Assembly: GCA_020440645.1 (NCBI GenBank)
Contig: JAGRNR010000014.1
Location: forward strand, 1,294-65,293
Reading direction: 5' to 3'
Source: a bacterium
Lineage (GTDB): Bacteria; 4484-113; JAFGCY01
Length of the DNA stretch: 64,000 bases
This document shows, piece after piece, positions 57,601 through 64,000 of the stretch (the stretch's first letter is position 1; every line of letters begins with the position of its first letter). The notes under the pieces were generated by a model that had not been told where the DNA came from, did no database searches, and was given only the letters and a program-made list of their open reading frames with translations. A program made the position numbers and the translations under genes.

Positions 57601-57903
57601 TTCAGCCTGCAGGAGCAGGCGCAGTTCCGCTTCGCCTTCGGCAACCGAGACTGGCAACGCCTGCGCACAGTCAGTGCCGTCCAGGCCTGGGGCCTGACCT
57701 GCGTCGGGCTGATCGACCAGGCCTTCGCAGATGGAGCGAAGCTGGAGTGGGACGACTTCGGCGACTGGGAGCAGCTGTCGCTGCCCCCGGTAGACTTCGC
57801 CCGCAGCAACATGCATGAGCTGGTGGTTGGCAACGACGGCCGCTGGCACATGCTGTTCCACGACCTGCAGGACGGCGGGATCTACGTGATCAGCACTACG
57901 TAG
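54634..57903 (+). CDS. Giant secreted lipoprotein, tandem paralog 3 (same architecture)
   Basis: ORF 54379..57903. The likely start is ATG 54634 (MRLVGSGTAWSVAVLIVLAACCLLPSCSG lipobox), because the upstream 85 codons overlap the hairpin repeat 54440-54545. YRYRIRSFDVAGNSS, IDLSRSFDRDNDSFTDY, HRTGGSWQ and PEDGSGW are present. The C-terminus is WHMLFHDLQDGGIYVISTT. Confidence 0.7.
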   Translation: MRLVGSGTAWSVAVLIVLAACCLLPSCSGRQPDMSAPAQQVDLTPGPEPAAPVADGLPQLASLPDAQHSASYLGQGWFPVPILEQGVLIAASPGVSSAAQGVVINAAGGQSAWAVFGIYGFDGDSFPAALACELTTLSGDYALAASRYLDGRWEVAGPFTDDAQFEYAYAGGGADPRNLLSGRGCHYVAVIASPGSSLELSGLQLAVDGGQDGPAAVSFPQGIRSSLGVQLVWQASADGRNPDFEGYIVERADWPGTTFAAVSEPLHGLDWLDTDLQEDRHYRYRIRSFDVAGNSSSGPYSTVLGSFDNLPPVCVMDIPTGPLYGAQQVTIDLSRSFDRDNDSFTDYTLLFGNDPFDIGVGPLSNTDGAFSVLLQPGCYHVIGVVTAGANIGTCVSELKIYPQWENEAQLIASAPPVAPVLGSPSGTYLPAINGVATFGLEPVLPGLGLLLQPADSPARLLRIVPPRFGIDGISEATQWNGLAICAAVDGSNAYIAYTDGENFDWLEVGRGFVKGSRLDLVVPASSPPYLCFIEENFMPSSRLLAYASIGSSTPLELVPVFEGDYPFDVEWNAAQQGFDILYGQPGATRLRRCDASGNMLLERTIAFTTPQKLELEIDPATGNPVILWRSSGGTAIYTQYDNDSDSFLPGEPVDPLLLASLGEQLALAGGLPVVFMGSPGQPAGLYHRTGGSWQRMAADWSPLSGTDGSLAARPDGTLRVLDSDDAMTSWLVDIMPGATQSVVDSLPPTGRQGMDLNAVAGSDGLHAIWCADGESRHYRNPEDGSGWQPVNLLDACQSQDLMADQSGSVLLSTRVDNASFLLKWNGADWDAIWFTLSNLDQSNPWMCMQSNSPAPQWLYLEDDLPDDRLHYVTDYGTGLQESTSSIYPDQVMEGAGVYSGNFMVSIVALGNGSYRDGRIGVLNKPHNSVDVLLNASANIPDEASGLQGRQLDACMGKHSSGNVQTVFYSSVSAFQQDATRLCGFSYNGDFSLQEQAQFRFAFGNRDWQRLRTVSAVQAWGLTCVGLIDQAFADGAKLEWDDFGDWEQLSLPPVDFARSNMHELVVGNDGRWHMLFHDLQDGGIYVISTT

Positions 57904-58005
57904 TTGGCAGAGATCAGAAAGCAGGGGGCAGACTCGACGTATGAACATGTGAGTCTGCTCCCTGCTTTCTGCTATCTGCTCTCTGCTTTCCGCTTTCTGC
58001 TCTCC
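57904..58005. repeat. Family A hairpin directly after the paralog-3 stop
   Basis: GCAGAGATCAGAAAGCAGGGGGCAGACTCGACG … GAGTCTGCTCCCTGCTTTCTGCTATCTGCTCTCTGCTTTCCGCTTTCTGCTCTCC. Confidence 0.7.
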
Positions 58006-58089
58006 TTTAGCCGCCGGACATCCAGGGCGGGGATCACGCAGTGATCCACGGGCGGGGATGTCGAACCGGCCGGCGGCTAAAATGTAGAG

Positions 58090-59151
58090 ATGAGCAACAT
58101 CCCCGCACTTGACAACTACCGCCTGCTGGGCAACAGCGGCCTGGCCGTTTCCCCGCTCTGCCTCGGCACGATGACCTTCGGCACCGAATGGGGCTTCGGC
58201 GGCGACCGCGAGAATTCCCGCAAGCTGTTCGAGCTCTACACCGGGGCCGGTGGCAACTTCCTCGACACCGCGATCAACTACAACAAGGGCACCAGCGAGG
58301 AGTACCTCGGCGAGTTCGTCAAGGGCAGCCGCGAACGCTACGTGATCGCCACCAAGTTCACCTTCGGCACCCGCGAAGGCGACCCCAACAGCGGTGGCAA
58401 CCACAGGAAGAACATCATCCAGAGCGTGGACGAGAGCCTGAAACGCCTCGGCCTGGAATACATCGACCTCTACTGGCTGCATGTCTGGGAGTACCGCACG
58501 CCGGTCGAGGAGCTGATGCGCGCGATTGACGACCTCGTGCGCATGGGCAAGATCCTCTACTTCGGCTTCAGCGACACCCCGGCCTGGGTGGTCTCGCGTG
58601 CCAATGCCGTCGCCGAACTGCGCGGCTGGACACCGGCCGTGGCCGTGCAGATGGAGCACAGCCTGATCGAACGCACCTACGAAGCCGAGATACTGACGAT
58701 GGCCCGCCACCTGAACATCGCCGTCACACCCTGGAGCCCGCTCGGGGCCGGCGTGCTGACAGGCAAGTACCTTGGCAACGAAGCAGGTGAAGGCGAAGGT
58801 ACCCGCAGTGGTGCCGTCAACCGTAGCGGCAAGCTCAATGATCGCAATACCGCCATTGTGCAGGCCGTGGTGGACATGGCGCAGCAGTGCGGCAGGTCAC
58901 CGGCGCAGGTGGCGCTCAACTGGCTGCTGTGCCAGCCGGGTGTGACAGCTCCGATCATCGGCGCACGCACACCGGAGCAGCTGGCTGACAACCTCGGAGC
59001 CTGCGGCTGGCGCCTGGACGACGAGCAGCTGGCGAAACTGAACGAAGTCAGCAACGTCGACCGGCCCTTCCCGCACAGCTTCATCCACAACCCGCGCGTG
59101 CAGGCCGCAATCAGCGCCCAGACGAATGTGGAGAGCCGGCTGCCTGAATAG
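58090..59151 (+). CDS. Aldo/keto reductase family oxidoreductase
   Basis: 353 aa. LGNSGLAVSPLCLGTMTFG…GGNFLDTAINYNKGTSEEYLGEF…RERYVIATKF…IDLYWLHVWEY is the classic AKR signature. Confidence 0.85.
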   Translation: MSNIPALDNYRLLGNSGLAVSPLCLGTMTFGTEWGFGGDRENSRKLFELYTGAGGNFLDTAINYNKGTSEEYLGEFVKGSRERYVIATKFTFGTREGDPNSGGNHRKNIIQSVDESLKRLGLEYIDLYWLHVWEYRTPVEELMRAIDDLVRMGKILYFGFSDTPAWVVSRANAVAELRGWTPAVAVQMEHSLIERTYEAEILTMARHLNIAVTPWSPLGAGVLTGKYLGNEAGEGEGTRSGAVNRSGKLNDRNTAIVQAVVDMAQQCGRSPAQVALNWLLCQPGVTAPIIGARTPEQLADNLGACGWRLDDEQLAKLNEVSNVDRPFPHSFIHNPRVQAAISAQTNVESRLPE

Positions 59152-59305
59152 TGGTCAGTGGTCAGTTGTCAGTGGTCAGGAGCTGTTGGCAGAATGAGAA
59201 ACAGAATCAGCAGAATACAGGTGTCGAATCCTCGGACCTCCTCCTGTTTGTCATTCTGATTCTGCAATCTGCTTCTTCCTGACCACAGACCACTGACTAC
59301 TGATT
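59151..59305. repeat. Composite palindromic element between convergent genes
   Basis: Order is (GTGGTCA)x4 heptamers, then a CAGAAT-repeat hairpin (GCAGAATGAGAAACAGAATCAGCAGAATACAGG … CCTGTTTGTCATTCTGATTCTGCAATCTGC), then inverted (TGACCAC)-like heptamers. The whole 155 nt is self-complementary. Confidence 0.65.
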
Positions 59306-59972
59306 ACTTCCTTCTTATGAAACACAGTCCGTCGAAGTTCTTGCGGCCGACGGTCTGGATCACCGTGGCCTCCAGCCTGTCATCCTCCGCCGCCAGCCTG
59401 AGCGCGGCGCGGGTGCCCGCCACCGAGGGGTCCTCATCGCTGCCGGTCGCCACCTGTCCGCCGCGCACCACGTTGTCAATCACGATCAGCGCCCCGCTGC
59501 GGCTGTGCTCGGTGGCCCATTTCAGGTAGTTGACATTGTTTACCTTGTCAGCATCGATGAAGGCCATGTCGAAGGGCTCACAGCCCTGTGCCGCCAGCTG
59601 CTCCAGTGAATCCACGGCTGCTCCTCTGATCAGCTGCACCCTGTCCGCCAGTCCGGCACGCTCGAAGTTGGCCTGCGCCACATCGGCATGTTTGTCGTCA
59701 ATTTCAAGGGTGACCAACCTGCCGTCCGTAGGCAGCGCGCGTGCCAGGTGGATCCCACTGTAACCGGCCAGGGTGCCGACCTCTAGGATGCGCCGTGCGC
59801 CGATCGCCCCGGCCAGCACCTGCATCAGCCGCGCCTGCAGCGGCGAGAGGCTGATCTGTGGCAGCCCGGCCTCGTCGGCACTGCGCTGCACGGCCTCCAG
59901 CACGGGGTCGGCGGGGGCCATCAGGGCCTCCATGAAGTCTGTGGATTCGCTCCAGAGATGTGTGTCTGACAT
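59304..59972 (-). CDS. Class I SAM-dependent O-methyltransferase (caffeoyl-CoA OMT / family 3 type)
   Basis: 222 aa. SAM motif I is ILEVGTLAGYSGIHLA. Metal-binding DADK is in MAFIDADKVNNVNYL. Confidence 0.8.
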   Translation of the reverse strand: MSDTHLWSESTDFMEALMAPADPVLEAVQRSADEAGLPQISLSPLQARLMQVLAGAIGARRILEVGTLAGYSGIHLARALPTDGRLVTLEIDDKHADVAQANFERAGLADRVQLIRGAAVDSLEQLAAQGCEPFDMAFIDADKVNNVNYLKWATEHSRSGALIVIDNVVRGGQVATGSDEDPSVAGTRAALRLAAEDDRLEATVIQTVGRKNFDGLCFIRRK

Positions 59973-60077
59973 GCGCCCTATGATAGCGGAGGCCAGGCAG
60001 GTTGCCTGGCCTCCGGGCCCGTTCCCAACTATCCGGGGCGGGTAGCCGCCTGTGGGCCCCCGGCCCCTGTTCCCGGA

Positions 60078-62708
60078 CTAGAATCCGCCGAGGTTGTAGG
60101 CCTCATCCTGCACCGTCACAGTATTGCCATCCGTGTCAAATGTGAGCCCGTGCCAGCGCTGGTTGGCATTGGCAAGGCCGCCTTCCATTGCGTAGGTACC
60201 ACCGGCAGGTCCGGCAATAGTTATCTGAGTCACACGGATCACGTTCATGGACAGTACAGGTGCGTCCATCATGATGTGGTAAACGCCGGGGTGCACGACC
60301 GCCACGGTGACGACGATGCTTCCGGTGTGGGATTCATCATCGCCGTTGTACTGCGTACGGTCCTCCCACAGCGCAAACGGTTCAGCAGCCAGGCTGCCCG
60401 GGCTGTTGCGGCTGACCCAGGTCGTGCCCTGGTCCGTCGTCATTGCCAGGTAGGGCTTGTACTCGTAGCTGCGCGGGACCATGTTGCTCGCGAATCGTCC
60501 TTCCCACTCGATGGTGAAGCGCAGCTGGCCCTCGGGCAGCGGCTCCTCGCCCTGCAGCAGCCAGAAGGTGCCGGGCTCCTCCAGGTTGTTGGCAACCCAG
60601 ATCTGGACCTCCCGGTGGGTGTAGGGATGGTACTGCAGCGAGCGCGCCAGCACGACGAACTCGTTGGCCCCCTCCCGGAGCGGAACCGTCAGGCTGAAGT
60701 CGCCGCTCAGCGGCAGCTTGCCGCCCACCATCTCACGCCCCGGCAGGCGTGTGTTCCAGAAGTACAGCTCGTCAACCAGGTAGTAGCTGCTGTCAACATG
60801 CCCGCTGAGCGTGACCTGCTGCTCCTCCACCCGCTGCCCGGCGCTGAAGCCGTCAATGTTGACACTGGCCGTCTCATAGCCGCCGAAGGGTGGCTCAGCC
60901 GTGGCATCCAGCAGGATGTTCTCGAAGTCCTCCAGCATCGGGATCGAGCCGTCACCCATCAGGCGCAGGTGCTGCTCGTCCGTGCCGAAGTAGTAGTTGC
61001 GTGTGGTCTGCGGGTTCGCCGGGTCAAGCATCATCACGGTGTTGCCACTGTATGCATAGGCCAGGCAGAGGGTCGATGGCCCGGCGGCTGGTTTCAGCAG
61101 GCAGAGCACCGGCCCGCCGCTGCGGCGCATTGCCAGCTTCAGCTCCTCGAAGGCCCGCTGGTCGTCGCGGTCCGCATCACTGAGCGACCAGTTGTTGCCA
61201 AGCAGGTAGGAGGTGGTGGCGCGGGCGATGATCTTCTGCTGCACCTGCGGGTCCGGGAAGCGGCTGCCCAGCGGCCCCATGCTTTCCCGGTAGCTGTTGA
61301 AGTACCAGGCCTCAAAGGCCAGCCGGCCGATGGCCTCGACTTCCATCCAGGCGCAGTTGGGTGGCACGCTGAATGCATCCTGCAGCTGGCTGAAGCCTGT
61401 GCTGTAGCGCACCCGCTCGTTGGACCAGCGGTCGTTGGCATTTTCCTGCGCCAGCCAGACGATGCATTGCAGTGTGCCGCTGGGCTGCCAGTCCGGGGCG
61501 GCCGACGCCGTATGTACGTCGCTGCCGGGATAGGTCGCATACATCTCGAATTCAATCCAGCCGGCGGCATAGTCCGCCGCCGTCACGTTCAGCGGCACCA
61601 TCTGCCCATCCAGCCTTGCCAGCATCGGCTGCACCGCCACCTTGTCCTGCGCGTCGAACCAGGCGCGCACCGTGATTGGCAGTGCCAGGTTGACCGCCTC
61701 GGCACTGGAGATGTAGTAGAGGTCCCCGCCTAGATCCTCGCCATCGAGCTGAACATTGCCACTGGCGCTGCCCACGCTGAATTCCATCGCCGTTTCCAGA
61801 GCCCCTGCCGGGATGCTGATGGACAGCGGGCCAAAGCCCTTGTCCGGCCCGTTGATGCTGCCGCCGCCCGGCCCGATGATGATGGTCTCCGTGGCCGTGG
61901 TGCCACTGTGCTGCAGGATGGCCGGCCCGCAGTTCAGCATGCAGTCAGCAGCCAGACCCTCGCTTTCAGTGCGGTCAAACGGCCGCACCTGGTACCAGGC
62001 ATGTTCGCGGGTCTGCAGCTCGTACTGCAGTCGCTCTGTCAGCTGCACCGCCGGCAGCTCAAGCTCGCCGACCAGCTCCCAGGGCCCGGCTTCCCCCTGC
62101 GAGCCGTAGATCCGGTAGCCGGCCACCGTCGTGCCGTAGTTGATGCCGATCGGTGTCACGTCGGCGATGTTCACCTCGCCGTTTCCATCCCCATCCGCCC
62201 GGCAGGCCTGCAGCCAGCCTGGGTCGCCATACCGGTGCTGGTAGTGCAGCCCGATCGGGGTCAGGTCGGCGATGTTGACCTCGCTGTTGAGGTCATAGTC
62301 GCCACAGCTCAGGTAGCTCCAGCTCAGGAGCCAGCCTTCGCTGTCAGACCCGCTGAGCAGCAGGTCGTGGATCTCATTGCTGCTGCCCAGCGGGGCGCGC
62401 AGGGCACTGCGCCCTGCCAGCACGCGCAGCAATTCGCCGCGCAGTTCCTCAAACACCGCGTTGTCAACGCCTGCCGGAAGCGGGGCGGCCTCGATCTCCG
62501 CCTGGACGGAGGCGTCCGCCGGCACAGCCGGGGTGGTGCCTGCCGTTGTGCCCCCGGCGCAGGCCGCGAGCAGCATTGCCAGCAGGATCAATGTCAGTAA
62601 TGAAAGGGCTGGCGGGACAGGGGTCCCGCCATCACAGGGGCCGTCCGGCAGGGAAGCGGCATGCAGCCTTACCCTGTCCGGTGCAGTGCGGAAGTGTTGC
62701 ACAGACAT
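60078..62708 (-). CDS. Large secreted protein with a dockerin-type repeat pair (paralog 3 of the N-terminal module; different, non-PQQ C-terminal region)
   Basis: 876 aa. GGGAGG RBS sits before ATG 62708. The hydrophobic signal is LSLLTLILLAMLLAACAGG. The dockerin pair is DYDLNSEVNIADLTPIGLHY … DGDGNGEVNIADVTPIGINYG, preceded by the (L)R(G)ELLRVLAGR module. The C-terminal 600 aa are unassigned. Confidence 0.7.
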   Translation of the reverse strand: MSVQHFRTAPDRVRLHAASLPDGPCDGGTPVPPALSLLTLILLAMLLAACAGGTTAGTTPAVPADASVQAEIEAAPLPAGVDNAVFEELRGELLRVLAGRSALRAPLGSSNEIHDLLLSGSDSEGWLLSWSYLSCGDYDLNSEVNIADLTPIGLHYQHRYGDPGWLQACRADGDGNGEVNIADVTPIGINYGTTVAGYRIYGSQGEAGPWELVGELELPAVQLTERLQYELQTREHAWYQVRPFDRTESEGLAADCMLNCGPAILQHSGTTATETIIIGPGGGSINGPDKGFGPLSISIPAGALETAMEFSVGSASGNVQLDGEDLGGDLYYISSAEAVNLALPITVRAWFDAQDKVAVQPMLARLDGQMVPLNVTAADYAAGWIEFEMYATYPGSDVHTASAAPDWQPSGTLQCIVWLAQENANDRWSNERVRYSTGFSQLQDAFSVPPNCAWMEVEAIGRLAFEAWYFNSYRESMGPLGSRFPDPQVQQKIIARATTSYLLGNNWSLSDADRDDQRAFEELKLAMRRSGGPVLCLLKPAAGPSTLCLAYAYSGNTVMMLDPANPQTTRNYYFGTDEQHLRLMGDGSIPMLEDFENILLDATAEPPFGGYETASVNIDGFSAGQRVEEQQVTLSGHVDSSYYLVDELYFWNTRLPGREMVGGKLPLSGDFSLTVPLREGANEFVVLARSLQYHPYTHREVQIWVANNLEEPGTFWLLQGEEPLPEGQLRFTIEWEGRFASNMVPRSYEYKPYLAMTTDQGTTWVSRNSPGSLAAEPFALWEDRTQYNGDDESHTGSIVVTVAVVHPGVYHIMMDAPVLSMNVIRVTQITIAGPAGGTYAMEGGLANANQRWHGLTFDTDGNTVTVQDEAYNLGGF

Positions 62709-62868
62709 GGTCTTCCTCCCAGTGAGACGGATCTCATATTATCGTGAATGTATTCACGATATACCAGATGATACCGCCATTTAGCGGGAAGTGTGCTGGC
62801 CGCGTGGAAAATCAATTCACTTGTCTGGCTCATTGCTCACTCTTCATTGCTCATTGCTACGCTTCTCC

Positions 62869-63717
62869 ATGCCCCTTCGTTACAATCTGTACATGGACAG
62901 TACGGGGGAAAGGGACTATAAGGACATCGCGCAGGACTGGGCAGGCCTGCGCAGGCGGCCGCTGCTGTGGGGCTGGATCCTGCAGGGCAGCGGCCTGCTT
63001 TCATCGACGCTGGTTATGTACCTCCTCAGCCTCGCATACAAGCATGCCGGTGCCAACAAGGAACTTGTCAGCCGGATCTCAAGCTTCCACATGGAATTCA
63101 ATGTGGTGCTGTGGTACCTGCTCAATGGCCTGGTGATCTGGCTGGCACTGGACCGCATCCGCTACTTCAGCAACGTCATTGAACCTGGCAACCCAGGCGG
63201 CAGCCTGCTGCAACGCTACCGCACGGAATTCAATTCCGCCATCCACCTGATTGCCCTGTTCATCCTGCCTGCCAGCGTGCTGATGGGCCTGGTCTTCCTG
63301 CCGGTCGGCATCCGCGAGAGCGTGGCCTGGATGGGCATCGGCAACACCATCGGGAGCTACCTGCTGAGCATTGCCATTACGCTGGCCGGCTTCGTACTGA
63401 TGGCAGTGGTGATCGTCGGCCTGTCCGTGCTGGCCAGCCGGCTGGCCCTGATCCAGCAGGCATCCATCGGAGTGCTGGCAATGCTGCTGGAAAGCAGGCT
63501 GGAGGGCTTCCTGTCAACCAAGGCAAAGGACCTGATGGCAATCAGCCAGGGCGAACCAACCCCCGTCGGTTATTCCCTGCCCGATATGGGATATCTCTAC
63601 CTGTCCAGTGTCGTGAGGCTGCTCGTGGCGATCATCGTGATCGGCTGGCTGTGCTGGCTGCTTGGCAGGCGGGAGGCCGGAACCGCGGTCTGGCAGCCGC
63701 GAACAGTGCGAGGATGA
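62869..63717 (+). CDS. Hypothetical polytopic membrane protein
   Basis: ORF 62791..63717. The N-terminal 26 codons read through the (CTCATTGCT)n repeat, so the start is more likely ATG 62869 (MPLRYNLYMDSTGERDY) or 62893. About 6 predicted TM helices. Confidence 0.45.
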   Translation: MPLRYNLYMDSTGERDYKDIAQDWAGLRRRPLLWGWILQGSGLLSSTLVMYLLSLAYKHAGANKELVSRISSFHMEFNVVLWYLLNGLVIWLALDRIRYFSNVIEPGNPGGSLLQRYRTEFNSAIHLIALFILPASVLMGLVFLPVGIRESVAWMGIGNTIGSYLLSIAITLAGFVLMAVVIVGLSVLASRLALIQQASIGVLAMLLESRLEGFLSTKAKDLMAISQGEPTPVGYSLPDMGYLYLSSVVRLLVAIIVIGWLCWLLGRREAGTAVWQPRTVRG

Positions 63718-63850
63718 AGGAGCTCAGGCCCACGGCCTGACAGGAGGCCAATCCCACGGATTGGCAACTGCCTTTTGCCTTTTGCCACCTGCCTACTGCC
63801 TTGTGCCTACTAAAGCGGTCCTTGGGACCGCATACCTGTCAGGCCATGGG

Positions 63851-63919
63851 CCTGACCTCCACTGACTACAGACCACTGACCACTGACCACTGACCACTGA
63901 CCACTGACCACTGATTGCC
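63851..63919. repeat. Tandem heptamer array (TGACCAC)x~9
   Basis: CCTGACCTCCACTGACTACAGACCACTGACCACTGACCACTGACCACTGACCACTGACCACTGATTGCC. The same heptamer is also at 25551-25571 and inverted at 59151-59180. Confidence 0.75.
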
Positions 63920-63943
63920 AGACTTCCGTCTGAGCTGCGCGCG

Positions 63944-64000
63944 CTACACCGAACGCAGCAGGTCGCGCACATGGGCCAGGATCGTCACCCGCGTGCGCTG
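63944..64000 (-). CDS. C-terminal end of an unidentified minus-strand CDS that continues beyond the window
   Basis: The open frame on the reverse strand ends …AHVRDLLRSV-TAG at 63944-63946. Too short to classify. Confidence 0.25.
   Translation of the reverse strand, partial: QRTRVTILAHVRDLLRSV

Noticed and set aside
63851-63919. TGACCAC tandem array considered as a CRISPR array
   Set aside because: The repeat unit is 7 nt with no spacers. There is no leader and no cas genes. It is a microsatellite, not CRISPR.

Overview
High-GC (roughly 60-65% by eye) bacterial chromosomal window, probably from an uncultured or metagenome-like genome. All calls below are from reading the sequence and the ORF translations only; nothing has been checked against databases or folding tools. 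Most long ORFs on the strand opposite the real genes are GC-driven artefacts.

Main content, in order:
- a czcCBA-like heavy-metal RND efflux operon on the minus strand, with czcA truncated at the window start;
- an SGNH/GDSL plus MBOAT O-acyltransferase pair;
- a second RND adaptor-permease pair with no outer-membrane factor;
- a lower-GC islet next to tRNA-Val(CAC);
- an ankyrin protein and two pentapeptide-repeat proteins;
- a translationally coupled PPIase plus three HupE/UreJ-like operon;
- tRNA-Val(GAC) and tRNA-Cys(GCA);
- an adenylate-cyclase/STAND-ATPase/TPR signalling protein;
- split transketolase genes (N and C subunits) separated by a two-gene insertion;
- a large secretome island from about 26 to 63 kb.

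The most unusual content is in that island. It holds three paralogous proteins carrying a canonical dockerin-type Ca-binding repeat pair, two of them fused to PQQ-like beta-propeller repeats. It also holds a tandem triplication of ~1100-aa lipoproteins with FN3-like, PKD-like and BNR/Asp-box motifs, and a CarboxypepD_reg-type lipoprotein.

Intergenic DNA throughout is saturated with several families of short tandem-oligomer hairpin repeats: (AGCAGA)n, (GAGCAATGA)n, TGACCAC heptamers, CAGACTTCAGA units, GGAGGTC-plus-GNRA-hairpin units, and a conserved ~30-nt element directly after four stop codons. No integrase, transposase, phage, CRISPR or cas gene was recognised.
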